A DNA stretch of 64,000 nt from Candidatus Moraniibacteriota bacterium. Lineage in GTDB: Bacteria > Patescibacteriota > Minisyncoccia > Moranbacterales > UBA1568. The stretch covers positions 309,458 to 373,457 of the forward strand of contig JAUSGT010000002.1 in assembly GCA_030648835.1 (NCBI GenBank), given 5' to 3'. The notes beneath the pieces were generated by a model. The model saw nothing but the letters and a program-made list of their open reading frames with translations. It ran no database searches and was not told the DNA's origin. This document shows, one piece after another, positions 49,709 to 60,389 of the stretch. Position 1 is the stretch's first letter, and the number at the start of each line of letters is the position of its first letter. Made by a program: the position numbers and the translations under genes.

Positions 49709-50686
49709 TTAGTATGAATCTTCGTTTGGCTGAGGGTCTTCTTTGAATCCTTTCTTTTTCCGGGTAATAAACGTTTCCCCGCTACCCCTTAGACCAACGG
49801 GTGGTATAAGGATAAATCTAGAATGATAGTATCCATATTCTGAATAATTGAAAAACGGTTCTTCGTCTATACCGAATACCTGCCTCAGATGCTTTGATAG
49901 TATACTCTTAGTCGCATGAAGAGCATCCTTTTGTTTGAAATGTTCGTTACCAAGTAAATTATTTACCGTTGGTTGCTCACCTTTCCCCAGCTTAAAAGCC
50001 GAGAGTAAAAGGAGGAGAGTCCAGGCTTTGTTCGGAGTTTTATCTTTAGTGTTTGTTTTTACAAACCGAAGAACTTCTCGATCGAAACGACCGATAAATT
50101 TTTTCCCACATCGGATTTCTACCTCAATGTCGCTGGTAAATGCGAAGGTGATGTCTTCCCATCGGGTACCTGATGGCAATGTTACTATGGCTGTTCCTGA
50201 AAGGAGTTTTTGTGCTCTCTCCTTTGCTCGTTCCTCGACTTTCTCAAGAACTCTATTGGTTATAGTCTCAACGAGATCATCCTGGTGTAGGACTACTTCT
50301 CGCGTCTGTGGTCTTATCGGTCGAGTGGCGATAACTTCCGTTGGGATGTTGGGGACAAAGCGATTCCAAGAATCAACTATCTGACTGACGGATAGTACGA
50401 TCCGCTCCCGTTCTTTTTGAGCCCTTTGGATTTGTTCCTGCAGGTTGCCAAAGACTTCAAATGCATGTCTGTAGGTTTCGACAGCATAGTTCATCTGTTT
50501 TGCTAGGTTTTGCAAAGCCCCCGCTTGTTGCTGGAAGAACTGGTGGAGCAGAACCCGTTGTCTGAGAAACGGCTCTATATTGAAGGCAATCTCTTTTTGG
50601 ATGGCTAAAACATTAAACATAGGCACTAAGGCCATTTGTTGTGTGCTTTTTCCTTTTGGATTGGACGCTTTACTTTTGACTTTCAT
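49709..50686 (-). CDS. Hypothetical protein
   Basis: 325-aa ORF divergent from defence operon. Confidence 0.4.
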   Translation of the reverse strand: MKVKSKASNPKGKSTQQMALVPMFNVLAIQKEIAFNIEPFLRQRVLLHQFFQQQAGALQNLAKQMNYAVETYRHAFEVFGNLQEQIQRAQKERERIVLSVSQIVDSWNRFVPNIPTEVIATRPIRPQTREVVLHQDDLVETITNRVLEKVEERAKERAQKLLSGTAIVTLPSGTRWEDITFAFTSDIEVEIRCGKKFIGRFDREVLRFVKTNTKDKTPNKAWTLLLLLSAFKLGKGEQPTVNNLLGNEHFKQKDALHATKSILSKHLRQVFGIDEEPFFNYSEYGYYHSRFILIPPVGLRGSGETFITRKKKGFKEDPQPNEDSY

Positions 50687-50715
50687 AGTTGTAAACTAAT
50701 AGTAACTCATATCTT

Positions 50716-50916
50716 ATGAAGAATCAAACGAAGAAAATCGAGGAATACCCGGAGATTTTGACGCTCCAGGAAGCTTGTGAGGTTTTGAATTGCCACCCAA
50801 ATACGCTTCGGAATTGGGATAACAAAGGCATCCTCAAGGCAATTCGGTTTGGCACGAGGAAGGACAGAAGGTACAAAAAGGAGGATGTGTTGAAAGTTAT
50901 CAATAAAGGCCACTAA
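50716..50916 (+). CDS. Excisionase/MerR-family HTH DNA-binding protein (possible controller or Xis)
   Basis: 66 aa; LTLQEACEVLNCHPNTLRNWDNKGIL HTH; 3 nt upstream of the SNF2 gene. Confidence 0.6.
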   Translation: MKNQTKKIEEYPEILTLQEACEVLNCHPNTLRNWDNKGILKAIRFGTRKDRRYKKEDVLKVINKGH

Positions 50917-50919
50917 AGT

Positions 50920-53862
50920 ATGGCGAAAATTACTTCCTATCATGCAAAATATTTTGCCCACGAGCTAACTAAGCGGTGTTCTTCGGATAGCTTAGAAAAA
51001 CTATCCTCAACACTTTCTAACGCTCAAGTTGATCTGAACCCTCATCAGATTGAGGCGGCACTTTTTGCATTTAAATCGCCGCTTTCTAAGGGAGCAATTC
51101 TGGCTGACGAAGTTGGTTTAGGGAAAACAATTGAAGCCGGCTTGGTGCTGTCTCAAAAATGGGCGGAACGAAAAAGAAAGATTTTATTAATAGTGCCGTC
51201 TAGTCTTAGAAAGCAGTGGAACTCAGAACTTCGAGAAAAGTTTTTTTTGCCATCAATAATTTTAGAAGCAAAATCTTTTAATCAAACTGTCAAAGAAGGT
51301 AATCTCAACCCTTTTAATCAGGATAACGCAATTATCATTTGTTCTTATCACTTCGCTAGAGCCAAATCATCCTATATCAAACAAACCCCTTTTGATTTAG
51401 TGGTTATTGATGAAGCACATCGTCTGCGTAATGTTTATAAAACGAGTAGTAAAATTGCCCGAGAAATAAAAGATGCCATTCAAGAATATCCTAAGCTACT
51501 TCTCACTGCCACTCCTTTGCAAAATTCTTTACTCGAGCTATACGGATTAACCAGTATTATTGACGACCATATTTTTGGGGATCTCAGTAGTTTTAAGGCG
51601 AATTATGCCAAAGTTTCACGAGAGCAGGATATTTACGAAAACGAGCTTGGTTTAGTTGAGCCGAGACAAGAAATGTTTGCTGATTTGCGTAATAGACTAA
51701 AGCCAATTTGTATTCGTACACTGCGTCGCCAGGTTTTGGAATATATTAATTATCGCGATCGCAAACCAATCACTCAGGACTATGTACCGACTGAGCAAGA
51801 AATTGAACTTTATGATGGGATGACTGAGTATCTTCAACGCCCACGTCTTTATGCTTTGCCGTTTAGCCAGCGTCAGCTTATGACGCTTATTTTACGCAAA
51901 CTTTTAGCCTCGTCATCATTTGCTATTGCCAGTACGCTCAATGGATTGGTCTATAAGTTAGAAAAATTGGAAGAAGAAATAAGAAAAAAATCAGCGGTGT
52001 TAGACGAAACACTTCCTTTAGGGATTGAAGAAAATTATGAGGCTTTTGAAACTACAGCTGATGAATGGATTGACGATGAGGAAGAAGAGATTGATGACAA
52101 GATAAAAGAAAAGAAAAAGTATACACTCGAAGATATTCCTTTGATTCAATCAGAAAAAACAGACCTAGAAAAATTTAGAGACTTAGCAAGAGCCATTTTC
52201 AAAAATTCCAAAGGAGAATCCTTGCTCATTGCTTTAGAAAAAGGTTTCGAAATGACTGCAACGCTTGGTGCTCAGAAAAAAGCAGTTATTTTTACAGAAT
52301 CAAGAATCACTCAGGATTATCTCTGGAAACTACTTTCGGATAGTGGTTACAAAGACAAAATGCTCTTATTCAATGGTTCTAATAATGATCAAAAGTCAAA
52401 AGATATTTATGCTGAATGGTTGAAGAAAAATAAAGACACTGACAACATAACAGACTCGAAGACCGCAGACCTTCGTGCCGCACTGGTGGACTACTTCAAG
52501 TCGGATGCCGAGATTATGATTGCTACTGAAGCGGCTGCTGAAGGCATCAACCTACAATTCTGTTCACTTGTTATCAACTATGATCTCCCATGGAATCCTC
52601 AAAGAATTGAGCAGAGAATTGGCCGTTGTCATCGTTATGGACAAAAACATGATGTAGTTGTGGTCAACTTTGTAAATCGAAAAAACGCTGCTGATCAGCG
52701 CGTTTATGAACTGCTTGATCAAAAGTTCAAACTTTTCAAAGGCGTTTTTGGGGTAAGCGATGAAGTGCTTGGTAGTATTGAGTCAGGGGTTGATTTTGAA
52801 AAACGTATTGCAGCTATTTACCAATCCTGTCGCACCGAGGAGGAAATCAACAATGCTTTTGACACCTTACAGACAGAAATGGACGATTCGATTCAGGAAG
52901 GCATGCGCGGAGCGAAAGAAAAACTTCTGGAAAATTTTGACGCGGATGTACATGAAAAACTCAAGATAAATTTGCGTGAGAGCAAGGGATATTTAGAAAC
53001 TTATGAAAAGTGGCTCTGGGATATCTCTCAGTACTTTCTAGGTGACAAAGCGGTTTATGCTGAAGATGAATATTCTTTTACACTTAAACGCAATCCATTT
53101 CCTGATGAAGATATTGATGAAGGTCCTTATAAAATTGGTAAAAATATTGATGATGCTCACATTTACCGTCCAGGACATCCTCTGGCTGAGAGAATTTTGC
53201 GTGAGGTAAAAGCACAGTCGTTATCAAGCGCTGAAATAGTTTTTGATTATTCCAATCACGGAAATATTATTTCTCCAATTAAAGAGTTGGTTGGTACTAG
53301 CGGTATTTTACAAGTATCAGAATTGACTATTGACTCGTTTGAAACCGAAGACAATATTCTGGTGACAGCAATAAAAAACAATAGCGAAGTAATTGAAGAA
53401 GATGTCGCAAAAAAACTTTTCTTACTCAGTGCTGAGGTGAAGGGAGATACTATCAAAACAGTAAGCGAAGAGGTTCAACAAAGAGAGCAGGAAAAGGTAA
53501 ATATTCTTACTGCAAGCATTGCCGGACGTAACAGCGAATTTTTTGATGATGAGGTAGACAAGCTTGATAAGTGGGCTGAAGATGTGAAAAAGAGTATGGA
53601 AATAGAACTCAAGCGTATGGATATTGATATTAAAACAATGAAAACGAACGCCAAAAAAGTCTTGAATTTAGGAGAAAAGGTAAAACTTCAACGAGAAATA
53701 AAGGATTTAGAAAAGAAACGAAACGATATGCGTCAGAAACTTTATAAGGCACAAGACGAAGTAGATGTGAAGAAAGAGAATTTACTGGAGAAAGTAGAAG
53801 CACAGCTGAAACAAAAAATGACGCTTGCACCATTATTTACAATACGATTTAAGGTGATATAA
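50920..53862 (+). CDS. SNF2-family helicase/ATPase with about 380-aa C-terminal coiled-coil extension
   Basis: Motif I DEVGLGKTIEAG, II DEAHRLRN, III LLLTATPLQNSLLELY, VI NPQRIEQRIGRCHRYGQ. Confidence 0.85.
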   Translation: MAKITSYHAKYFAHELTKRCSSDSLEKLSSTLSNAQVDLNPHQIEAALFAFKSPLSKGAILADEVGLGKTIEAGLVLSQKWAERKRKILLIVPSSLRKQWNSELREKFFLPSIILEAKSFNQTVKEGNLNPFNQDNAIIICSYHFARAKSSYIKQTPFDLVVIDEAHRLRNVYKTSSKIAREIKDAIQEYPKLLLTATPLQNSLLELYGLTSIIDDHIFGDLSSFKANYAKVSREQDIYENELGLVEPRQEMFADLRNRLKPICIRTLRRQVLEYINYRDRKPITQDYVPTEQEIELYDGMTEYLQRPRLYALPFSQRQLMTLILRKLLASSSFAIASTLNGLVYKLEKLEEEIRKKSAVLDETLPLGIEENYEAFETTADEWIDDEEEEIDDKIKEKKKYTLEDIPLIQSEKTDLEKFRDLARAIFKNSKGESLLIALEKGFEMTATLGAQKKAVIFTESRITQDYLWKLLSDSGYKDKMLLFNGSNNDQKSKDIYAEWLKKNKDTDNITDSKTADLRAALVDYFKSDAEIMIATEAAAEGINLQFCSLVINYDLPWNPQRIEQRIGRCHRYGQKHDVVVVNFVNRKNAADQRVYELLDQKFKLFKGVFGVSDEVLGSIESGVDFEKRIAAIYQSCRTEEEINNAFDTLQTEMDDSIQEGMRGAKEKLLENFDADVHEKLKINLRESKGYLETYEKWLWDISQYFLGDKAVYAEDEYSFTLKRNPFPDEDIDEGPYKIGKNIDDAHIYRPGHPLAERILREVKAQSLSSAEIVFDYSNHGNIISPIKELVGTSGILQVSELTIDSFETEDNILVTAIKNNSEVIEEDVAKKLFLLSAEVKGDTIKTVSEEVQQREQEKVNILTASIAGRNSEFFDDEVDKLDKWAEDVKKSMEIELKRMDIDIKTMKTNAKKVLNLGEKVKLQREIKDLEKKRNDMRQKLYKAQDEVDVKKENLLEKVEAQLKQKMTLAPLFTIRFKVI

Positions 53863-53866
53863 AAAT

Positions 53867-55570
53867 ATGAGCAATAACAAACAAAAACTAGAGCTCACGT
53901 GGATCGGGAAAAATAACCCCGAGTATGATATCTCCAACATTGAACCGCGCATCTTGGAAGAGCGGACTGATTTGTCATATGGTGATAAGGAGAGTGAGAA
54001 CATGATCATCCATGGTGACAACCTCCTCGCACTCAAGGCGCTTCTACCTGAATATGAGGGCAAAATAAAATGTATCTATATTGACCCACCATACAATACA
54101 GGTAATGCCTTTGAACATTACGACGATAGCGTGGAACACTCAACATGGCTCTCACTAATGAAGCCGCGGTTGGAACTTTTAAGAATGCTATTGAGTGAAG
54201 ATGGTGTTATTTTTATTCAAATAGACAATTCGGAGCAAGCGTATTTGAAAGTTCTATTAGACGAGGTTTTCCAAAGAAACAACTTTATTACGTCGTTTAT
54301 TCTTAAAGTTAGACATTCGGAACGAATGCTAAAAGGAGATAAAGATATTCATGATGTTGCTGAATACGTGCACTGTTATCAAAAATCAAATCAATTTAAA
54401 ATCTCAAAGAGAAAACAGGTAGTCGCAGATGATCCATACGAAGATTATCAGTGGGCAGTAAAAACAATTGGAACTGGAAAAACACTTGTATTGGGAAATA
54501 AAGAGTGCCGTGTTTTTAAGCCCGGTGAATATGAATTAACACGTTTAGACGGAAATAAAAGCGGGTTCAAAAAGATCAACATTCGTGGCGGACTAAGAGA
54601 AGGAAATAGTAGTGGTAGATTTTATGTTGCTCATATTGAACAAAGACTTCAGAATGATGGTTATAACGTTTTATACGAGGTACCTAATATTGGTGATGAT
54701 GGGACAGGACGCAGATATTTTCTTTTACCAGAAAATATGAAAAAGAAAAATGGTAATTATTTTCAGGGAGTACCACAAACACGAACTTCATCAAAAGATC
54801 TTCCATACCCATCTTTCTTCGATGTCTCTGCAGCTTTTAACCGTGTCGGCTACGAAGGAGTTGTCGAATTTCGAAATTCTAAAAAGCCGGAATCACTCAT
54901 TAAGACTTTTTTTGAAATAGCAAATTTGTCTAGCAACGATTGGATTTTAGATTCATTTCTTGGTTCTGGTACCACGGCTGCAGTAGCCCACAAAATGAAT
55001 TTTAATTATATCGGCATAGAAATGGGCAACCATGCTTATTCTCATGTCCATAAACGAATGAAAGCCGTTATTGATGGCGAGGATCATAGTGGAATCAGCG
55101 AAGCTGTGAACTGGCACGGAGGAGGAGGATTTAAATTTTATGAGCTTGCACCGAGTTTTATTGTGAAAGACGAATTTGGGAATCCTGTGATTGATAGTTT
55201 TTATAATGACGCTAAACTTATTAAAGCCATGTGTAAGCTGATGAACTTTACATATCAGCCAAGTCAAACAGAATATTGGAAGCACGGCGTGGGTCAAGGA
55301 AAGAACTATCTTTATGTTACTACTCAGCTTTTGACAAGCGGGATGATTCAGCAGATTGCAGGACATCTTACTGAGGGTGAGTCTTTGATAGTTTGTCCGA
55401 AGAAGTTTGAACCTGGTGCGGATAAAATTGATAGCCGTATTACTATTAAAAAAATACCGCAGTCGGTTCTGAAAGCTTGTCACTTTGGCAAAAAGGAATA
55501 TCTACTTCCAATCAAGGAATCCGCTCTGGAAGAGATAGAGGATGAATCACTAGAAGATGATAACGAATAA
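53867..55570 (+). CDS. N6-adenine DNA methyltransferase, beta-class (type III Mod-like)
   Basis: Motif IV IYIDPPYNTGN precedes motif I DSFLGSGTTAAVA; EHSTWLSLMKPRLELL region typical of Mod; 4 nt after SNF2 stop. Confidence 0.85.
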   Translation: MSNNKQKLELTWIGKNNPEYDISNIEPRILEERTDLSYGDKESENMIIHGDNLLALKALLPEYEGKIKCIYIDPPYNTGNAFEHYDDSVEHSTWLSLMKPRLELLRMLLSEDGVIFIQIDNSEQAYLKVLLDEVFQRNNFITSFILKVRHSERMLKGDKDIHDVAEYVHCYQKSNQFKISKRKQVVADDPYEDYQWAVKTIGTGKTLVLGNKECRVFKPGEYELTRLDGNKSGFKKINIRGGLREGNSSGRFYVAHIEQRLQNDGYNVLYEVPNIGDDGTGRRYFLLPENMKKKNGNYFQGVPQTRTSSKDLPYPSFFDVSAAFNRVGYEGVVEFRNSKKPESLIKTFFEIANLSSNDWILDSFLGSGTTAAVAHKMNFNYIGIEMGNHAYSHVHKRMKAVIDGEDHSGISEAVNWHGGGGFKFYELAPSFIVKDEFGNPVIDSFYNDAKLIKAMCKLMNFTYQPSQTEYWKHGVGQGKNYLYVTTQLLTSGMIQQIAGHLTEGESLIVCPKKFEPGADKIDSRITIKKIPQSVLKACHFGKKEYLLPIKESALEEIEDESLEDDNE

Positions 55571-55575
55571 ATACT

Positions 55576-58401
55576 ATGAGACCTGAGGAAGCGCTCAAAT
55601 ACCTCAATGGCGCGATGAGTTTGCACGCTCCGCAAGTAAAGAGTCTGGAGCTTTTTGCTCATTATTTGCAGTCACCAGCTGGGCAAAAATTGTTGTTACG
55701 CATGAAAAAAGAAGTGCGTGGCAATACAGCTGAGATATTAGCAGAAAGCAAAGCATACTTCAGTACTGTTCCCGAAGCACGCGAGTTTGAGGAATATGAA
55801 AGAGCGTTCCCGGCTTACACCTTTGCACTCGCTACCGGCGTAGGCAAAACCAGGTTGATGGGTGCTTTCGTAGCATATTTGTATTTGGTATATAATATTC
55901 AGCACTTTTTGATTGTTGCACCAAACCTGACTATTTATCGCAAGCTCTATGATGATTTTAGTAAGGCAAATAATCCTAAGTATGTTTTTAAGGGTATTCA
56001 AGAAGTAAATACAAATACGGTAAAAGTCATTACCACAGAAAATTACGCTAACTATAGACAGCAATCACTCTTTCTTAATCAGATTGAAATCAATATTTTT
56101 AATATCCAACAGTTCGCACAGAGGGATATGACCAGTGAGCGCGGTATTACGAAAGCGTGGGAAACCGCTGGGGAGTCCTATTTTGACTATTTAAAAGCGC
56201 ATGATGATTTAGTGGTGATGTTAGATGAAGCCCACCACTACCATGCGGATGCGGCCCTTGGCGCACTCGATTTGATGGATCCTCTATTTGGACTAGAAAT
56301 GACTGCTACACCATACCTTGGGACTCAAGGTACGGGCAGAAATGCAAGACAAATCAGAATGAAAAATGTTTTGTATTCCTATAACCTTGGTGATGCTATC
56401 CGAGGCAAGCTTGTCAAAGATCCATGGATAGGCACTGAAGCAGATGTGGATTTCAGTCAATTTGATCCTGACTCTATTGATACTGACGCGCGCAAATTGC
56501 AACTGGCGGCTTTTTTTCACGAACGTGCTAAAAATGCACTGAAGGAGTATGCGTTGGAAAATAATAAGCCGATTGTAAAACCGGTTATGTTGGTGGTAGC
56601 AAAAGACACAACACACGCAGGAGAGTTACGCGCTTTGATTGATAGCGATAATTTTCGTGGTGGAGAATTTAAGGGAAAGGTTATTGAGATACACACTAAA
56701 CTTCGTGGAGATGAGGCAGATGAAAATATTGATAAATTAATTTCACTTGAACACCCCGATAATCCAGTGGAGATTGTGATTCACGTCAATATGCTCAAGG
56801 AAGGTTGGGATGTGACAAATGTGTATACCATTGCGCCTTTGCGTGAGGCAGCTGCCGCGATTTTGACCGAGCAGACAATCGGGCGTGGTTTACGCTTACC
56901 TTACGGAGAACGCACCGGCATACCTTTGGTAGACAGACTGGTGCTCGTTGCTCACGAACAGTTTGCTAAAGTTGTGGCACTTGCTAAAGACTCACCACTT
57001 ATTCAAGGACAGGTTGAACAAATTTCAGAGAGAGAAGCTAAAGAAGTTAAAGTGTTCACCGAAGTTCAGTCCGTTGCTCTTGATGCCGTTAAAGATGCAA
57101 TAACGCAAAATGAAGTGGTGATGCAAGAGGTTGAAAAACAAGTTGAAGAAGAGATTGCTAAAATGCCGCAAGCAGATTTAATGGATGAATCAGTAAAAGG
57201 AAAAATGAAAGAAACCAAGACAGATGAAAAAGTAACTGGCTTATCAAAAATTGTATGTGGAATTAATACATTTTCTAGTTATCACGGGCAAAAACTGAGT
57301 GTTTCACCAGAGCTGTCCTTTGGAACTGATACATTGTTTGGATTTTTCAGTGATGAAGCAAAAGGTGAGCTCTCAAGGATTGCAAAAAAATCTGGAGAGG
57401 CAATGGAAGAAAGAAATATACCAATTCCGCGTTTGATGCTTACCCCGCACTTTGGTGAACTTTTGATAGAACAATTTGATTTGGATACGAGTGTATTACG
57501 TACATATACTAATGAGCGAGCTATTCTTGAAGAACAATTACAAAATGATCGTGAGAAAAATTTATTTGATGAAGAAGTTCCAGGACGTCGAATGACTGAA
57601 GTAACAAGAATAAGCAGTTTTGGTGCGCATACGAGACAGACTCCACAAAGCACTATAATTGCTTCGCTTCTTGATTTTCCGTTGGTTGATTATGATGATC
57701 CTTCGCAAAAACCATTGCTTCTGAGATTAGCAGAGCAAGCTGTCATACATTATCGAGAAAAGGCGATTGATGAAGATAATCTTGCCCTGATTGTTGAAAG
57801 TAACGCGCGTACAATTGCCGAAGATATTTATCAGCAGATTTTGACACATAAAGAATTGAAGTCTGAGGGATATCTTGAGTCCGATGTGCGTGAACCGAAA
57901 CCATATTTGGAACAGTATAATATTTCCTTGTTGTTTGGAGAAAAACCTGTTTCTCTTGAATCACAGCTAAATACTTTTAGTGCCAAACTTGTCTATGGAC
58001 AGTTTCAAAAGGCCTGCCACTCAATGTATCGTTTTGATTCTTCAGATGAAGTACGTCTAGCGTATTTATTAGATCGTGAAGATTCAGTTGAAGATTGGTT
58101 ACGCCCAGCCCCTAATCAATTTGAGGGCTTGTATTGGCGTGATATAGAAGGAGAGTCTCATCATCGCTACGAACCAGATTTTGTTGTTGAATTTGAAAAT
58201 GAGATAGTAATGATAGAAGTGAAGCCGGAATTAGAAATCCAAGCTCTAAGCGTACAGGCAAAAAAACAAACCGCAGAAAAATACTGTGAGGTAGTGAATA
58301 AAAATATTGGAAAGTTTGGTATCATAAAGCCATGGCGGTATGTGATTGTTCCCACAGAAAAAATAACAATAAGTTCTACGATAGATGGATTGTTGAGTTG
58401 A
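55576..58401 (+). CDS. Type III restriction Res-like subunit: DEAH helicase + C-terminal PD-(D/E)xK nuclease
   Basis: Walker A ATGVGKT, motif II VVMLDEAHHY, III EMTATPY, VI QTIGRGLRLPYG; C-terminal EPDFVVEFENEIVMIEVKPE. Confidence 0.8.
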   Translation: MRPEEALKYLNGAMSLHAPQVKSLELFAHYLQSPAGQKLLLRMKKEVRGNTAEILAESKAYFSTVPEAREFEEYERAFPAYTFALATGVGKTRLMGAFVAYLYLVYNIQHFLIVAPNLTIYRKLYDDFSKANNPKYVFKGIQEVNTNTVKVITTENYANYRQQSLFLNQIEINIFNIQQFAQRDMTSERGITKAWETAGESYFDYLKAHDDLVVMLDEAHHYHADAALGALDLMDPLFGLEMTATPYLGTQGTGRNARQIRMKNVLYSYNLGDAIRGKLVKDPWIGTEADVDFSQFDPDSIDTDARKLQLAAFFHERAKNALKEYALENNKPIVKPVMLVVAKDTTHAGELRALIDSDNFRGGEFKGKVIEIHTKLRGDEADENIDKLISLEHPDNPVEIVIHVNMLKEGWDVTNVYTIAPLREAAAAILTEQTIGRGLRLPYGERTGIPLVDRLVLVAHEQFAKVVALAKDSPLIQGQVEQISEREAKEVKVFTEVQSVALDAVKDAITQNEVVMQEVEKQVEEEIAKMPQADLMDESVKGKMKETKTDEKVTGLSKIVCGINTFSSYHGQKLSVSPELSFGTDTLFGFFSDEAKGELSRIAKKSGEAMEERNIPIPRLMLTPHFGELLIEQFDLDTSVLRTYTNERAILEEQLQNDREKNLFDEEVPGRRMTEVTRISSFGAHTRQTPQSTIIASLLDFPLVDYDDPSQKPLLLRLAEQAVIHYREKAIDEDNLALIVESNARTIAEDIYQQILTHKELKSEGYLESDVREPKPYLEQYNISLLFGEKPVSLESQLNTFSAKLVYGQFQKACHSMYRFDSSDEVRLAYLLDREDSVEDWLRPAPNQFEGLYWRDIEGESHHRYEPDFVVEFENEIVMIEVKPELEIQALSVQAKKQTAEKYCEVVNKNIGKFGIIKPWRYVIVPTEKITISSTIDGLLS

Positions 58402-58467
58402 ACTGAAGGCTTGATACTTTAGGGGCGAAGATGATAATTGAAAGAGTAATAGATTTGATTAAAAAAT

Positions 58468-58830
58468 ATGGAAATTGATGATAAAAAAATTGGACAAATA
58501 CTTGGAAATTTAGAATCTGCGATTGGAAAAATTATTAGAATAGATATGTGGTTGCCTGAAGCTATAGATTATGCTATAAATGGCCATCGTGGAACTTTGG
58601 ATCGAGCGGATATTGATAGAGCGACCAGGGAGAAAAAGGAGGATAATAAAATTCAAATAGAAATTGACAGTTTGCGTAGTCAAGTTGAAGAATCACAAAA
58701 ACAAACCCAAGAAATAAAGAAGCAGACGCGCTACTTATTGTATGCATTCATTATCGCTATTTTTAGTTTTTCATTAAATGCCATTTTGCAAATAAGCCCG
58801 AATCTGTTTGGCCTACTAAATACAAAATAA
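58468..58830 (+). CDS. Hypothetical coiled-coil protein with C-terminal TM helix
   Basis: 120-aa ORF in AT-rich defence block. Confidence 0.35.
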   Translation: MEIDDKKIGQILGNLESAIGKIIRIDMWLPEAIDYAINGHRGTLDRADIDRATREKKEDNKIQIEIDSLRSQVEESQKQTQEIKKQTRYLLYAFIIAIFSFSLNAILQISPNLFGLLNTK

Positions 58831-58913
58831 AGAAGATGCCAACTTGTTTATAAACTCTACGATCTCACCCCAGAAGAAATTGAAATTATAGAAAATTCAA
58901 GTAAGAAATAATC

Positions 58914-59516
58914 ATGCTTTCACTTGATCAAAAAGAGATAGAAGCCAAGCTGGATACATTTAATTGGAATTTTAAAGTTGGGGATAATATAAAACACAAC
59001 ATTGAAGAAGTGTTTTTCTTGTACAAAATAAAAGAAGAAAATTGTTCATATACTAGGGAAAAACAATTTATAAATAAACATATATCAATAACCCTAGTTG
59101 CTATTATTGAAGGAATTTTACACGACTTTGTTGTAAGACTAAGCGAAGCCACAAACCACTTTCCGTTAATCATTGATGATAAGAAAAAGAAGGATATCAA
59201 AAAATATATTTCAGAGCAAAAAGTACCTTTTAAGTATAAAAAACTTGAGGGTAGAATACTCAGAGTCAAAAACTATTCATTCGCTCAGATTCTCAAGTTG
59301 CTTCAAAACTTCGAGCTGTTAGAGTCAAAAAATAGCCCAATCTACAATACGTTAGAGGCCGCCACTCATTTTAGAAATCGCATCCATATTTATAATTGGT
59401 TTAATAACTTTGAGACCGACGAGAGGGATGTTTTTACGGATAAACGGTTAGAAGTTCTCGAGTGGTTAGTTATTTACATCTTAACTACAATGGAGGCCAA
59501 GTACTCACGGCCTTGA
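58914..59516 (+). CDS. Hypothetical protein with HEPN-like R-N-x-I-H motif (paralog of 59766-60389)
   Basis: TLEAATHFRNRIHIYNW aligns with EIAEEIRIARNKIHVSG of the next protein. Confidence 0.4.
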   Translation: MLSLDQKEIEAKLDTFNWNFKVGDNIKHNIEEVFFLYKIKEENCSYTREKQFINKHISITLVAIIEGILHDFVVRLSEATNHFPLIIDDKKKKDIKKYISEQKVPFKYKKLEGRILRVKNYSFAQILKLLQNFELLESKNSPIYNTLEAATHFRNRIHIYNWFNNFETDERDVFTDKRLEVLEWLVIYILTTMEAKYSRP

Positions 59517-59765
59517 GAAGAGGGTTGTGAGGGAGTATCTGTTCAAAGAAGGTTTGTGGATTATGAATTTGGACTAGCAACCTAGTGGAATGGCGTATTT
59601 TTTGCTACAATAAAAACATGTCAAAACAGATTAGAAAAAAGAGAGAAGATACTAAGATTGGGACCATAGAAAAAAAATATGATCGTGATTTTGGTGTGCG
59701 ATCAGATAAGAAACTAGGAAACTATCTTAAGGAACAAGGGTTTCCATCGTTAAGTAAGCTTCTCG

Positions 59766-60389
59766 ATGAAACAAAGCGAGGAAAAAAGTGATGAGGTTAT
59801 TGATGAGTTGATGCCAAAAGAAACCTTTGAGAAAAGGTTCTCTTTTATTACAAACGATACTCTAAAAAAGAATATCGCGATTGCTTTTGAATATATTGTT
59901 TTTCTAATTGATACTGCAGGAAAGGAAAATCATAAGCAATTGATTAGAAGTTCTCTTTATAAGGATGCGACCGTTTATACAGGGACTATTGTTGAGGCCT
60001 GTCTTTGTCATGTACTTATGAAATATTTCTCAGTAAACAAATTACAAAAAACAAAAGTTTTGACTCCAGAATGGAAAGAAGAAGCACAAGGGTTTATACA
60101 CGAGTTTAGTAAAAAAAAGAGGATCCGTTATGTTATTGAGCATATAAGCTACGAAGATATTAGAGATTCATCAAACTTTATCGAAATAAATCGTGCTTGT
60201 CTTCGTGGCAGGATACTTTCTAAAAAAGAATACGAAATTGCAGAAGAAATAAGAATAGCTAGGAATAAAATTCACGTATCTGGATTAAAGGAAATAGATA
60301 ATTCATACAGCAAAGAGAAGCTTGATGAAATCTTTTCTAAAGCAAATAAAATTATTAGAAAAGTAGAAAAGAAACTTTTGAAGCTTTAG
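59766..60389 (+). CDS. Hypothetical protein with HEPN-like Rx6H motif (RIARNKIH)
   Basis: Motif as above; possibly fused by frameshift to upstream 68-aa ORF 59585-59791. Confidence 0.4.
   Translation: MKQSEEKSDEVIDELMPKETFEKRFSFITNDTLKKNIAIAFEYIVFLIDTAGKENHKQLIRSSLYKDATVYTGTIVEACLCHVLMKYFSVNKLQKTKVLTPEWKEEAQGFIHEFSKKKRIRYVIEHISYEDIRDSSNFIEINRACLRGRILSKKEYEIAEEIRIARNKIHVSGLKEIDNSYSKEKLDEIFSKANKIIRKVEKKLLKL

Noticed and set aside
53867-58401. Calling the Mod/Res pair a BREX or type I system
   Set aside because: No PglZ, BrxC or HsdS-like genes are present. Mod has the beta-class (IV before I) order, and Res has a C-terminal PD-ExK, as in type III.
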